Under the pieces are notes generated by a model that was given only the letters and a program-made list of their open reading frames with translations, made no database searches and was not told where the DNA came from. From positions 1 to 45,360 of the forward strand of contig JAEZGQ010000002.1 of the NCBI GenBank assembly GCA_023416895.1: a stretch of DNA of 45,360 nt, written 5' to 3'. The stretch is from Bacillota bacterium (lineage in GTDB: Bacteria > Bacillota > Clostridia > Christensenellales > CAG-138). The position numbers were made by a program, and so were the translations under genes. Shown here one piece after another: positions 16,440 to 26,681 of this stretch (positions are counted from its first letter, which is position 1; every line of letters begins with the position of its first letter).

Positions 16440-19001
16440 TTAGAAAGAATATTTTCCAAAACCGCCGTCCATACGAATGTCCTTGCTGCTTTGTGCCGGA
16501 CGAGCTTGTTTTTGCGGCGCATTTGTCTGCTTTGCCTGTGGGGCGGTGGCCTCCTTCACGGTGAACTGGCTCACCTGCTGCCGGAGCATTTCCGCCTGCC
16601 CGCTGAGCTCCTCACTTGTTGCGGCTTGCTCTTCGGCAGTGGCAGAATTCGTTTGCACCACCTGTGACATCTGCTCAATGCCCCTGTTCACCTGAGAAAT
16701 GGCCGTCGCTTGCTCGTTGGAAGCGGCTGCAATATCGCTTACGAGCTTTGCGGAAGCCTCTACCGCTTCTACGATGCGCTTAAGCTCTTCGGCGGTTTCG
16801 TCCGCAATCATGGAGCCGACTTCCGCTTTTTTTACCGAGCTTTCGATAAGCGCCGTTGTCTCCTTGGCGGCTTGGGCACTCTTGCCTGCAAGGTTCCTTA
16901 CTTCCTCAGCGACTACGGCAAAACCCTTTCCATGTATACCCGCGCGCGCCGCTTCCACAGCCGCGTTGAGCGCGAGGATGTTCGTTTGGAACGCGATGTC
17001 GTCGATCACCTTGATGATCTTGCCGATGCTGGAGGATGCCTCGTTGATCTCCGCCATTGCGTTCTGTAGTTTTTCCATGTGCTCGCTGCCGCCCAAAGCA
17101 CGTGCCCGTGCACCGCCGCTCAGCTCGCTCGCCTTGGTCGCACCCACGGCGTTTTCACGCGTTTGCCCCGCGATGGCGCTGATGGAAGCGGTAAGCTGCT
17201 CAATCGCACTCGCCTGCTCCGTTGCGCCCTGCGAAATAGCCTGGCCTCCGGCGGAAACCTGCCTGGTTCCTGCTGAAACCTGATCAGCCGCGGTACGGAT
17301 GTCTGAGAGCACTGCACTCATGGAATCCGCAATGGTGTTGACGGAGGTTTTAAGCTTCAAAAATTCGCCGCGGTATTCTCCCGTTATGGCAATGTTAAAA
17401 TCACCGCTTGCCATATGGGAAAGAAGCTCACTCAACTCGCCGATATAGCCGCGCAGCGTTTCAATGGTATCGTTGAGCGCATGCTTAATGGTGGCATAGT
17501 CGCCTTTGTAATCGCCTTCTACAGCAATGTCAAGCCTGCCTTGCGAAAGCTCGACAAGTACATTGCTCGCTTCGTTCACAGGCTCTATCACGGCGTCGAG
17601 CGTGCTATTGATGCCTTCAAGAATTTCCTTATATGCGCCCTGATGCTTTTCGGGGTCGGCACGGTAAGCAAGGTTGCCGCTAAGCGCTGCCTGGGTGAGG
17701 GAATTCGTATCTTCCACAAGCTCGTTGAGGGTGTTGCTCACACCGCAAATGGCGTTGAAAATCGTGCCGAACTCGTTTTTCTGCTTTACGCTTTCGGTGA
17801 TGTTCAAATCGCCCTTCTTAAGGCTTTCGGTAACCTTCACGATCTTTTTCACGGGGGATACAAGCCGGAAAATGTTTAGGAAGGTCGCTAAGAACATAAC
17901 CGCAACACCACCGAGGATCAGCAGCAACACATTTCGCAACATGGCGTCACGGCTGCCGTATGCTTCGGAAGTTTCCACGGCAAAGGCGCTGGAAAACGAT
18001 GTATCCATGTGGGAAAGCGAAATGGGCCGGTAAAAGATATAGGCAGGGTTTCCGGCGATGGACGTTGCGTCGTTTTTAAAAAGAGCCTCTCCATTTTTTA
18101 CTGCTGCGAGCGCTTCGGATACATCCGTATCCGCGGCGTCGCTGCCGTATACAGTGCCTACCCGACTGGCATCTCTCGAATGGGAGAGCAAGGTGCCGCT
18201 GTTGGTGAGAATGTAGCTGTATGCGCTTGTATAATCGCCTGTCTTCTGCCCGAGCGCACTGAGCTTTTCAACAGTGATGTTGCAGCATACCGCGCCCACA
18301 AAAGTACCGGTGCCGTTTGTAATGGGGTAACTTACTGTTACCACGGATTTGCCGCCGGCCATGTCGTTTGCGTAAGGTTCGGAAAAATGGGGCACGCCGG
18401 AAGACTGTACTTCGTTATAGGCTTCCATGGTGGAATACACTGCATAGTCGTTGCCGGTAAGGCAGGTAACGCCGGCTCCGTCGCGGTAAACATAGAAAGA
18501 AAGGCCGGTTGGTGTGTTGTCGACGATCAGATTAGGCACCCATGCCACATAAACGCTGTCAATTCTGTCGTCGTTCAGACAATCCTTCAGCGTCTTCTGT
18601 ACAATTTTTGAGAAGGTAGGCTTATCAAGGCCGCCATCCGAAAGCCTTCCCATGAAGATGGAGAGGGAGTCCGCATAAGCGGAAACGGCACCGAAAAATT
18701 CGGAAACCTCCGCTGCGTTCTGCTCAGCCAGCATTTCAACGTTCTTTTGCGCGTTCTTTGTTAAAACATCCGAAAGAGAAAGGTTCAGATACGCGTATAT
18801 CGCCGCCATCACCGCAAACAAAGCAAGCAGTACGACAGCCGTGATATGAACCGATAGCTTGTGAAAAATCTTTGCCTTTGCAAGGGGTTCGGTGACGGGC
18901 TTTGTTTTTGCTTGCAAGGTTTTTTTGACGCGTGGTCTGAAAATGGGGTGGTTTTTGAACTTGGTCCGGATGCTCTGCAAAAATTTACTCGTTTTCTTCA
19001 T
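16440..19001 (-). CDS. methyl-accepting chemotaxis protein (Cache-like periplasmic sensor, HAMP/linker repeats, MCP signalling domain)
   Basis: ATG 19001 follows GGGAGGAG. There are two TM segments flanking a ~290 aa external domain. The conserved hairpin reads [37 protein letters not shown]. Confidence 0.9.
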   Translation of the reverse strand: MKKTSKFLQSIRTKFKNHPIFRPRVKKTLQAKTKPVTEPLAKAKIFHKLSVHITAVVLLALFAVMAAIYAYLNLSLSDVLTKNAQKNVEMLAEQNAAEVSEFFGAVSAYADSLSIFMGRLSDGGLDKPTFSKIVQKTLKDCLNDDRIDSVYVAWVPNLIVDNTPTGLSFYVYRDGAGVTCLTGNDYAVYSTMEAYNEVQSSGVPHFSEPYANDMAGGKSVVTVSYPITNGTGTFVGAVCCNITVEKLSALGQKTGDYTSAYSYILTNSGTLLSHSRDASRVGTVYGSDAADTDVSEALAAVKNGEALFKNDATSIAGNPAYIFYRPISLSHMDTSFSSAFAVETSEAYGSRDAMLRNVLLLILGGVAVMFLATFLNIFRLVSPVKKIVKVTESLKKGDLNITESVKQKNEFGTIFNAICGVSNTLNELVEDTNSLTQAALSGNLAYRADPEKHQGAYKEILEGINSTLDAVIEPVNEASNVLVELSQGRLDIAVEGDYKGDYATIKHALNDTIETLRGYIGELSELLSHMASGDFNIAITGEYRGEFLKLKTSVNTIADSMSAVLSDIRTAADQVSAGTRQVSAGGQAISQGATEQASAIEQLTASISAIAGQTRENAVGATKASELSGGARARALGGSEHMEKLQNAMAEINEASSSIGKIIKVIDDIAFQTNILALNAAVEAARAGIHGKGFAVVAEEVRNLAGKSAQAAKETTALIESSVKKAEVGSMIADETAEELKRIVEAVEASAKLVSDIAAASNEQATAISQVNRGIEQMSQVVQTNSATAEEQAATSEELSGQAEMLRQQVSQFTVKEATAPQAKQTNAPQKQARPAQSSKDIRMDGGFGKYSF
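16551..17900 (-). repeat. ~1.35 kb segment (TM2 to signalling domain) closely similar to 19325..20677
   Basis: The encoded C-terminal ~450 aa of the two MCPs align without gaps and with few substitutions. By eye, the DNA matches at roughly nine positions in ten. Confidence 0.8.
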
Positions 19002-19176
19002 TGCTCCTCCCAAATATACCGTATCCTATAAAAAATAAGTCATACTATTAGTTCGTGACTTTTTCGTCCAAAAATTAGCAATTTCGACATAATAATAATA
19101 TACGCATTGCCGCCGGGAAGCAAATATATTGAATTCATGTCTATTTTCAGCCATGTTGGAAAAACAAACGGCGTTG

Positions 19177-19214
19177 AAGAGACCTCCGCAGTATGTGCGG
19201 AGGTCTCTTTTTTC
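19177..19214. terminator. hairpin terminator between the two MCP genes
   Basis: AAGAGACCTCCGCA-GTATG-TGCGGAGGTCTCTT flanked by A and T runs. The T run is better on the + strand. Confidence 0.55.
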
Positions 19215-19312
19215 TGGCATATAGATTCAATAGTTTCCGAGCCCGCCGCTGGACAGATTTTTGTGCTTTCGGCAGGATGAGCTTGTTTTTAGGGATTGCT
19301 CGACCGCTGCGC

Positions 19313-21709
19313 TTACGTTGTGGCCGTTTCCTTTATGTTGAATTGGCCCACCTGCTGGCGGAGCATTTCCGCCTGCCCGTTGAGCTCCTGGCTCGTTGCG
19401 GCCTGTTCCTCGGCGGTGGCGGAATTCGTCTGTACCACCTGCGACATCTGCTCGATGCCTCTGTTTACCTGCGAAATGGCCGTCGCCTGCTCGTTGGATG
19501 CGGCGGCGATGTCGCTCACAAGCTTTGCGGAGGCCTCTACCGCGTCTACGATGCGCTTAAGCTCTTCGGCGGTTTCGTCCGCGATCTTTGAGCCAGCCTC
19601 CGTTTTTTTCACTGAACTTTCGATGAGCGTCGTTGTTTCCTTGGCAGCTTGCGCACTCTTGCCCGCAAGGTTTCTTACTTCCTCGGCGACTACCGCAAAG
19701 CCCTTGCCGTGCACGCCCGCACGCGCCGCTTCCACCGCCGCGTTGAGCGCGAGGATGTTCGTTTGGAATGCGATGTCGTCGATTACTTTGATGATCTTCC
19801 CGATGCTTGCGGACGCTTCGTTGATTTGAGCCATCGCGCCCTGCAATTTTTCCATATGCTCGCTGCCGCCCAAAGCACGTTCCCGTGCGCCGCCGCTCAG
19901 CTCGCTCGCCTTGGCCGCACCTACGGCGTTTTCACGCGTTTGCCCCGCGATGGCGCTGATGGAGGCGGTAAGCTGCTCGATTGCGCTCGCCTGCTCGGTT
20001 GCGCCCTGTGAAATGGCTTGGCTCCCATCGGATACCTGCTTTGTTCCGGCGGAAACCTGATCCGCAGCGGCGCGGATGTCCGAAAGAACATGGCTCATGG
20101 AATCCGCAATGGTGTTGACGGAGGTTTTGAGCTTTAAGAATTCGCCGCGGTATTCGCCCGTGATGGCAACGCTAAAGTCTCCGTTTGCCATGCGGGAAAG
20201 AAGCTCGCTCAATTCGCCGATGTAACCGCGCAGGGTTTCAATGGTGTCGTTGAGCGCATGCTTGATGGTGGCGTGATCGCCCTTATAATCACCTTCCACG
20301 GCAATGTCAAGCCTGCCCTGCGAAAGCTCTACAAGTACGTTGCTGGCTTCATTTACGGGTTCGATCACAGCGTCGAGGGTGCTGTTGATGCCGTCGAGAA
20401 TCTCCTTGTATGCACCCTGATGCTTCTCAGGGTCGGCGCGGTAAGCAAGGTTGCCGCTATGGGCCGCCTGGGTGAGGGCTGTCGTATCGTCCACAAGCTC
20501 GTTGAGGGTGCTGCTCACGCCGCAGATGGCGTTGAAAATCGTACCGAACTCGTTTTTCTGCTTCACGCTTTCGGTGATGTTCAAATCGCCTTTTTTAAGG
20601 TTTTCTGCGACCTTCACGATCTTTTTCACGGGGGATACAAGCCGCAAAATGTTAAGGAAGGTGGCTGCGAACATAACAACAGCGCCGACAATGATCACAA
20701 CAAGCAACTTTGCCATGATCGCATCGTGCTGCGCCATCATTTCGGAAGTGTCTACGACAAAGGCACTGGAATACGCGTAGCTGAAACCGTCCGGCTTGAT
20801 GGGCCTGTAAATGATGTGGGCCGGGTTTCCAGTGACTGCGTTTACACCTTCGGTACTTAATGCAAGACCGTTTCCTACTGCATCCAAAACCTTTGCTGCG
20901 TCCGTATCGGCAGTGGTGTCGCTCCCGTATGCAGTGCCGACGCGTTCGGGGTGAACGGAGTGGGAAAGAATCGTTCCCGCGTTTGTAAGCGTATAGTTGT
21001 ATGCGGTGTCATAGCCGCCGTGAGCAGCGGCCAGATCATTGATCTTGTTTGCGTTGATGTCAAAATTAACAACGCCAAGTACTTTGTCACTCGCGTCAAA
21101 AACGGGATAGCTCACAGTCACAAGCCAGTTGACGTCGCCGTTATACACTGCGTCGTCGTATGGCTCCGTGAGGTGTGCAGCACCTGTTTCAAAGGATACG
21201 GAGTAATACTCAAGCGAGCGGTATTCACTGTAATTGTTTTTAATTTCCGTAAGTAACTTGTCGCCATCGGTGCGGCATACGTAAAATGACAGGCCATTTG
21301 GCGTGTGAGGTTCTCCGGCGTTTGGTTCCCATGCAACGTACGCGCCGAAAATTCGCTCGTCATCCAAGTATTGTTTGAGGGTGGCAACGATGGAGTTTTC
21401 ATACTGCATCTTGTTCATATCCGCATTAGCAAACTGCTCCATCTGAATGGAGAGTGACTTCGCATACGAAAGCATGGAGGAAAAGTACTCTGTGAGTGTC
21501 TGTGCGTTTTGTGTGGCAAGCAGCTCCGCTTTTTCCTTAGCGCTTGCTGACATAGCCGACGAGAGGGAGTTGCCCATGATTGCATAGATTACGCCCATTA
21601 CTACGACAAGGGAAGCGAGCACAACTGCTGTAACCATAAAGGTTAACTTTTGCCAAGCTTTTTGTTTGATTAGTTGCTTCAAGACCAAGAACCTCCAAGT
21701 TAATACCAT
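19313..21709 (-). CDS. methyl-accepting chemotaxis protein, paralog of the neighbouring MCP with a divergent Cache-like sensor
   Basis: Same domain order and conserved hairpin as MCP-1. An alternative start at TTG 21682 (MKQLIKQK...) lies 9 nt after GGAGG and may be the true start. Confidence 0.9.
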   Translation of the reverse strand: MVLTWRFLVLKQLIKQKAWQKLTFMVTAVVLASLVVVMGVIYAIMGNSLSSAMSASAKEKAELLATQNAQTLTEYFSSMLSYAKSLSIQMEQFANADMNKMQYENSIVATLKQYLDDERIFGAYVAWEPNAGEPHTPNGLSFYVCRTDGDKLLTEIKNNYSEYRSLEYYSVSFETGAAHLTEPYDDAVYNGDVNWLVTVSYPVFDASDKVLGVVNFDINANKINDLAAAHGGYDTAYNYTLTNAGTILSHSVHPERVGTAYGSDTTADTDAAKVLDAVGNGLALSTEGVNAVTGNPAHIIYRPIKPDGFSYAYSSAFVVDTSEMMAQHDAIMAKLLVVIIVGAVVMFAATFLNILRLVSPVKKIVKVAENLKKGDLNITESVKQKNEFGTIFNAICGVSSTLNELVDDTTALTQAAHSGNLAYRADPEKHQGAYKEILDGINSTLDAVIEPVNEASNVLVELSQGRLDIAVEGDYKGDHATIKHALNDTIETLRGYIGELSELLSRMANGDFSVAITGEYRGEFLKLKTSVNTIADSMSHVLSDIRAAADQVSAGTKQVSDGSQAISQGATEQASAIEQLTASISAIAGQTRENAVGAAKASELSGGARERALGGSEHMEKLQGAMAQINEASASIGKIIKVIDDIAFQTNILALNAAVEAARAGVHGKGFAVVAEEVRNLAGKSAQAAKETTTLIESSVKKTEAGSKIADETAEELKRIVDAVEASAKLVSDIAAASNEQATAISQVNRGIEQMSQVVQTNSATAEEQAATSQELNGQAEMLRQQVGQFNIKETATT
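19325..20677 (-). repeat. second copy of the ~1.35 kb MCP cytoplasmic-module repeat
   Basis: See 16551..17900. Confidence 0.8.
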
Positions 21710-21934
21710 TAATAAATTAATCGGTTTTTTACCAAAGAGAATCCAGCTTTTCCTGCTACTCGCATAGATTTTATTTTTTTACGCAATTAAGATAAGACTG
21801 TGCGCCTGCAAAAGGAGTTTGCTACGCGCATGACAAATGTGCAAAAAACGCTCATCCGACGCATAAAAACATCCGAAAGAATAATGTATGGACAAACGGC
21901 CGTATCGCGACCATCCAACGGAGGTGTACTGGAA

Positions 21935-23353
21935 ATGAAAAGGAACCGTTTTGTGTTGTGCGCGCTTTTTGCAGCGCTTTTGCTTGTTCTCACGGGATGT
22001 GCAGCCGAAAACAATGTGGGGGAGGCAACGCCTAGTGCATCTCCTACGCCGGGGCCTACGTTTGCCATGCCGGAGCTGCCGGCGAACACGGAGGAAGCGC
22101 TTGTCCAATACGATTCTCTCTCGCTTGACGAACAGCTTGCTTGCCACTCCATTGGCCGGCTTGTACATTTGGCGGCTGAGGACAATCCGGGAACGGATTA
22201 TTACGAAACCATACGAACCTACATCACGTCGTATATGGCGTCGGGCGGCGTTACGCTGCCGGAGGGCTTCACCGTTTCACAAGATGGCGGCACAGAACTA
22301 TATCTTGAGGGCGACACGCAGGGGGAGAGCGCGCCTTCTGCGAAGTTCTACATCACCAATTTCAATTCGCCCGAGGGCGGGGAAAGCGTGATCGCCTCCG
22401 TGATCGAGCTTGAAAGTGACTATTTGGCCGGGGACGATTTCCCACGCTACATCGCGCGCACGGTGCTTACGCCGCAGTCGCCCAAAAGCACCGAGAACTT
22501 TTTGTTCGATGCGGATGGCGACGGTTCTCTCGACTATGCATTTCGTTTCTATGTTCCCAATACGGAATATGACCAAAGCCAAAGCGAATGCTATATCATC
22601 CACTTAAAGGACTGGCGCTTTGAGATGCAAAGCGTAACGCCCGAAACTTGGGCCGAGGCGAAAAAAGGCTACGAGCATTATTGCGCGGTGTATGCCATGC
22701 GCGAGAATGTAAAAAAGGGTGTCAATTTGCTGGCGCAATCGTTCGAGCATCCAAGCGTGCTTTTGACCCCGTATAAGGGAAGCGGAAGCCGCGGTACCTA
22801 CACGGTAAACGACCTTTACGAGGTACAAGGTGAAACGGGCACGTTTACCGTCAAGTATCTTTATGAGGGCGGCGTTTCCACGTGGCAACTTTCTTTGGCC
22901 CTTTCTGAGCAAACGCTTGAAGGCGGTTTCAGCGCAGGCGCGGCGGATGCGGCGATGTATGAAACGGGGCTTTTGTGCGTTGATTTGACCGAGGACGGGA
23001 AAGAGGAGATCATCCTGAGCGTAATGCCGCAGGGTGCCACAACGGGCGGTGAGCTTCATGTGTTCTCCGAGCGTGACGGTGTGCTCAAGGAAATTTTGAC
23101 CGTGTGCGACGGCAACCCGGAGCAGAAGCAGGCGCAGTACAAAGACTCCTATTTTGTGATTCCCGACGGTTATGTACACAAAGACGGTGTTTCGGTTTTT
23201 GGGTTGAACAACGTATACACCCGTGCTACTTGCATTTCCACCTCCGGCTTAAAGGTTTTGCGCATCACCGCAGAAAGAGGTAGTACGACCGCGCAAACGT
23301 ACCTTTGGTGGAACGGCGAGGCATTTGAGATCGTATACCAAGCTGCGTTTTAA
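21935..23353 (+). CDS. hypothetical lipoprotein
   Basis: ATG 21935 follows GGAGGTG. The signal peptide has a lipobox (MKRNRFVLCALFAALLLVLTGC), followed by a Pro/Ser/Thr linker. No family is recognised. The track ORF start at 21800 is an over-extension. Confidence 0.65.
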   Translation: MKRNRFVLCALFAALLLVLTGCAAENNVGEATPSASPTPGPTFAMPELPANTEEALVQYDSLSLDEQLACHSIGRLVHLAAEDNPGTDYYETIRTYITSYMASGGVTLPEGFTVSQDGGTELYLEGDTQGESAPSAKFYITNFNSPEGGESVIASVIELESDYLAGDDFPRYIARTVLTPQSPKSTENFLFDADGDGSLDYAFRFYVPNTEYDQSQSECYIIHLKDWRFEMQSVTPETWAEAKKGYEHYCAVYAMRENVKKGVNLLAQSFEHPSVLLTPYKGSGSRGTYTVNDLYEVQGETGTFTVKYLYEGGVSTWQLSLALSEQTLEGGFSAGAADAAMYETGLLCVDLTEDGKEEIILSVMPQGATTGGELHVFSERDGVLKEILTVCDGNPEQKQAQYKDSYFVIPDGYVHKDGVSVFGLNNVYTRATCISTSGLKVLRITAERGSTTAQTYLWWNGEAFEIVYQAAF

Positions 23354-23396
23354 CCTGCAAATTTATCGATAATGTGGTGCAAGCCGCTTTCTAAAA

Positions 23397-23437
23397 ATAC
23401 GAGGGCCGCATACATCGTATGCGGCCCTCGTATTTTG
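23397..23437 (+). terminator. intrinsic terminator after the lipoprotein gene
   Basis: 16-bp perfect stem ATACGAGGGCCGCATA/TATGCGGCCCTCGTAT followed by TTT. Confidence 0.8.
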
Positions 23438-23559
23438 CCTACACTTTCATAAAAGCGCTGTTAATCTGAGGCGCATTCCCCAACTGCGCAAAAAGCGCAT
23501 AGTATGGTGCATGCAGCGTGTATTGCAATTATTGAGAGGGAAGAAAAGGTGATTTTGAT

Positions 23560-25401
23560 ATGTGCGGAATCACAGGGGTGATCCATTATGAACAAAACCT
23601 GTCCGAACGCCGCGAAACCATCGTGCGTATGATGGATACGTTAAAGCGGCGCGGGCCGGATGACGCGGCGTTTTACGCGTCGCCCCATGCGCTTTTGGGG
23701 CATAGGCGGCTTGTGGTTGTGGATCCGGAGGGCGGCGCGCAGCCCATGCAGAAAACTGTGGGGGGAACAACCTATACCATCGTTTACAATGGCGAGCTTT
23801 ACAACACGGAGGAGCTCAGGAGGGAGCTTGCCGCGCTTGGTTTCTCGTTCCGTTCCTATTCGGATACGGAGGTGCTTTTGTGCGCGTACATCGCTTGGGG
23901 GACGGGCTGCGTGAAAAAGCTCAACGGCATTTTCAGCTTCGGGGTGTGGAACGAGCGCGACGAAACGCTTTTTTTGTGCCGCGACCCGCTTGGCGTAAAG
24001 CCGCTTTATTACGCGAAAAAGGATGGTGCGTTTTTGTTCGGCTCGGAAATTAAGGCCATTTTGGCGTACCCGGGCATGCGGGCAGAGCTCGACGGGGAGG
24101 GCGTGCTGGAGCTTATCGGGCTTGGCCCCGCGCACACGCAATCAAGCGGTGTGCTCAAGGGCATTTCGCAACTTCCGGCTGCGCACTTTTTGCTCTGTGG
24201 CAAAGAGGGTTTTCACATCGAGGAATACTGGAGGCTTTCGAGCCACACGCACGAAAAAGACCCGCAGGAAACCGCGCAGGAGGTGCGGACGCTCCTTGTT
24301 GACGCTGTGAAGCGCCAGCTCGTAGCCGATGTGCCGGTTTGCACCTTCCTTTCGGGCGGGCTTGATTCAAGCGCCATTTCCGCCATCGCGGCAGCCGAGT
24401 TTGAAAAGCGCGGGGAAAGGCTCAACACTTTCTCCATTGAATACGAAAACAACGCCGATTTTTATAAGAAAAGCGACTTTCAGCCCGACGCGGATGATCT
24501 GTGGGTGGACGTGATGGCGGAGCACATCAAAAGCAGCCACACGCGGGTGGTACTCAACAACGCTACGCTTGCAGACGCACTCCTGGATGCTGTGCGCGCC
24601 AACGATATGCCCGGCATGGCGGACATCGACTCGTCGCTTTTGCTGTTTTGCGCGGAGGTCAAAAAGAAGGCAACCGTTGCGCTTTCCGGTGAGTGTGCGG
24701 ATGAGATCTTCGGCGGCTATCCGTGGTATGTGCGAAAGGACTTGGCCTATGCGGGCACATTCCCATGGTCGGGCGCTGTGAAAGAGCGCGAGGCGCTTCT
24801 TACCTCGGGTGCAAAAAAGCTCGACTTGCCCGGCTATGTGCAAATGCGCCACCTTGAAACCGTAAACGCAACGCCGCTTTCAGGCGCGGAAAACGCGGAA
24901 GAGGCGGAGCACAAGCGCATGTTTTACCTCAACATCAAGTGGTTTATGAACACGCTTTTGACGCGCAAGGATCGCATGAGTATGTTCAACAGCCTAGAGG
25001 TGCGCGTGCCGTTTGCGGATCACCGCATCGTTGAATACGCCTACAACATCCCAAAGGATATGCTGTTTTACGGCGGGCGTGAAAAAGGGCTTTTGCGCAC
25101 GGCCATGCAGGGCATTTTGCCCGAAAGTGTGCTCTGGCGGAAAAAAAGCCCGTATCCGAAAACTTTCAACCCCGTGTACACGGCGCGCGTTACAAAAGCG
25201 CTGCAAACCTACCTTGAAGACGGCGACTTGCGGCTTTCACAATTTTTGGATGAAAGCGCCGTCAGGGAGCTTGTGGAAACGGAAGGCCGCTCCTTCCAGC
25301 GCCCTTGGTACGGGCAGCTTATGACGGGCCCGCAGCTGATCGCGTACCTTGTACAGCTTGAATACTGGCTCAGGGAATATGACGTGAATGTATTCTTTTA
25401 A
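23560..25401 (+). CDS. asnB: asparagine synthase (glutamine-hydrolysing)
   Basis: MCGITG N-terminal nucleophile, an Ntn amidotransferase domain, and the SGGLDSS PP-loop. Confidence 0.92.
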   Translation: MCGITGVIHYEQNLSERRETIVRMMDTLKRRGPDDAAFYASPHALLGHRRLVVVDPEGGAQPMQKTVGGTTYTIVYNGELYNTEELRRELAALGFSFRSYSDTEVLLCAYIAWGTGCVKKLNGIFSFGVWNERDETLFLCRDPLGVKPLYYAKKDGAFLFGSEIKAILAYPGMRAELDGEGVLELIGLGPAHTQSSGVLKGISQLPAAHFLLCGKEGFHIEEYWRLSSHTHEKDPQETAQEVRTLLVDAVKRQLVADVPVCTFLSGGLDSSAISAIAAAEFEKRGERLNTFSIEYENNADFYKKSDFQPDADDLWVDVMAEHIKSSHTRVVLNNATLADALLDAVRANDMPGMADIDSSLLLFCAEVKKKATVALSGECADEIFGGYPWYVRKDLAYAGTFPWSGAVKEREALLTSGAKKLDLPGYVQMRHLETVNATPLSGAENAEEAEHKRMFYLNIKWFMNTLLTRKDRMSMFNSLEVRVPFADHRIVEYAYNIPKDMLFYGGREKGLLRTAMQGILPESVLWRKKSPYPKTFNPVYTARVTKALQTYLEDGDLRLSQFLDESAVRELVETEGRSFQRPWYGQLMTGPQLIAYLVQLEYWLREYDVNVFF

Positions 25402-25435
25402 CCGCCTTTAAAAGGCTGCAAATATATCCCGCGGA

Positions 25436-25466
25436 GGAAACTCCTCCGCGGGATTTCCTATGGAGC
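25436..25466 (+). terminator. intrinsic terminator after asnB
   Basis: 12-bp perfect stem TCCCGCGGAGGA/TCCTCCGCGGGA followed by TTT. Confidence 0.75.
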
Positions 25467-25497
25467 GCAAAAAAATGAGAAATTTTTAAAAAAGGTA

Positions 25498-25528
25498 TTG
25501 ACTTAGAGTTCACTCCAGGTGTTACATT
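25498..25528 (+). promoter_or_regulatory. MerR-type promoter: TTGACT-19 bp-TACATT with imperfect dyad CTTAGAGT-TC-ACTCCAGG in the spacer
   Basis: The spacer, counted directly, is 19 bp. The dyad lies at 25502..25519. An AdhR/NmlR-like MerR gene sits at the end of the downstream gene string. Confidence 0.55.
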
Positions 25529-25591
25529 CGTCATGGAAGAAAATGCGGCGGCTTTTTAAGAAGGCGCGCAAATGCCGAAGGGGGAAACGGA

Positions 25592-26599
25592 ATGCAAAAG
25601 GTCGTTCTTGGTAGAACAGGGCTTACGGTGGGCAAAAACAGCTTTGGTGCGCTCCCCGTGCAGCGCGTTTCGCAAACAGAAGCGGTGCGCCTTTTGCATA
25701 AAGCGTTTCACGGTGGCATGAACTACTTCGATACCGCCCGTTGGTACAGCGACAGCGAAGAAAAGCTTGGCGTCGCGTTTGCGGGCATGCGGGAAAAAAT
25801 CGTAATCAGCACCAAAACGGGTGCCCGCACCGGTGAGGAGTTTTGGAAGGATCTTTCCATAAGCCTTAACAACCTTCGCACGGATTACATCGACATTTAC
25901 CAGTTCCATAACCCCTCGTTCTGCCCAAAGCCCGGCGACGGAAGCGGTCTTTACGAGGCGATGCTTGAGGCGAAGGCACAGGGGAAAATTCGTTTCATCG
26001 GCATTACGAACCACAGCCTTTCCCTTGCCCGTGAAGCTGTGCAAAGCGGCCTTTATGATACCCTTCAGTTCCCCTTGAGCTATCTATCCTCTGAGGATGA
26101 CGTGGCTCTTGCGGAACAGTGCCACCGCGCAGATGTGGGCTTCATTGCCATGAAGGCGCTTTCGGGCGGGCTCATCACAAATGCGGCGCTCGCATATGCT
26201 TATCTTGCGCAATTCCCGCATGTGGTGCCTATTTGGGGCATCCAGAAGGAAAGCGAGCTCGACGAGTTTTTGTCCTTCAACGAAACCCCGCCTGTGCTCG
26301 ACGCGCAAGCGCTCCGTCAAATTGAGGCGGATCGCAAACAGCTTTCCGGCTCGTTTTGCCGGGGCTGCGGCTACTGCATGCCTTGCCCCGTAGGCATCAA
26401 AATAAACAACTGCGCGCGCATGAGCCTGCTTTTGCGGCGTTCGCCGCAGGCGCAATGGCTCACGGATGAGTGGCAGGCGAACATGCGCCAAATTGAAAGC
26501 TGCCTCAACTGCGGGCAATGCTTGAAAAAGTGTCCCTACGGGCTGGATACCCCCGCGTTGCTTCAGGCAAACTATGCGGATTACAAAACTTTCCTTTGA
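25592..26599 (+). CDS. aldo/keto reductase with C-terminal 4Fe-4S ferredoxin-like domain
   Basis: The AKR N-terminus reads LGRTGLTV...NYFDTARWYSDSEEKLG. The C-terminal cluster motifs are CRGCGYCMPCP and CLNCGQCLKKCP. Confidence 0.85.
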   Translation: MQKVVLGRTGLTVGKNSFGALPVQRVSQTEAVRLLHKAFHGGMNYFDTARWYSDSEEKLGVAFAGMREKIVISTKTGARTGEEFWKDLSISLNNLRTDYIDIYQFHNPSFCPKPGDGSGLYEAMLEAKAQGKIRFIGITNHSLSLAREAVQSGLYDTLQFPLSYLSSEDDVALAEQCHRADVGFIAMKALSGGLITNAALAYAYLAQFPHVVPIWGIQKESELDEFLSFNETPPVLDAQALRQIEADRKQLSGSFCRGCGYCMPCPVGIKINNCARMSLLLRRSPQAQWLTDEWQANMRQIESCLNCGQCLKKCPYGLDTPALLQANYADYKTFL

Positions 26600-26681
26600 T
26601 ATCGTCGTCTTTTCTTTGCCCGGCAACGGACAAACGGCGGAGAGAGACGGTAAATTTTAAAATTCAGGAGAATCAAAAACC

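Noticed and set aside
19026-19220. 64 aa minus-strand ORF and a 46 aa + strand ORF in the MCP intergenic region
   Set aside because: They sit in an AT-rich promoter/terminator region, have no RBS, and run across the terminator hairpin.
16699-20860. Several + strand ORFs (16699..17283, 18009..18611, 19296..19829, 20258..20860 and others) inside the MCP genes
   Set aside because: They lie antisense to highly conserved MCP coding sequence. They are repeated only because the MCP DNA is repeated, and they have low-complexity Ala/Ser-rich translations.
23354-23559. Looked for a T-box or other leader upstream of asnB
   Set aside because: No GGGTGGTACC-type T-box sequence or specifier-like stem was found. 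Only the upstream terminator and a short TGCGC-A5-GCGCA hairpin are present.
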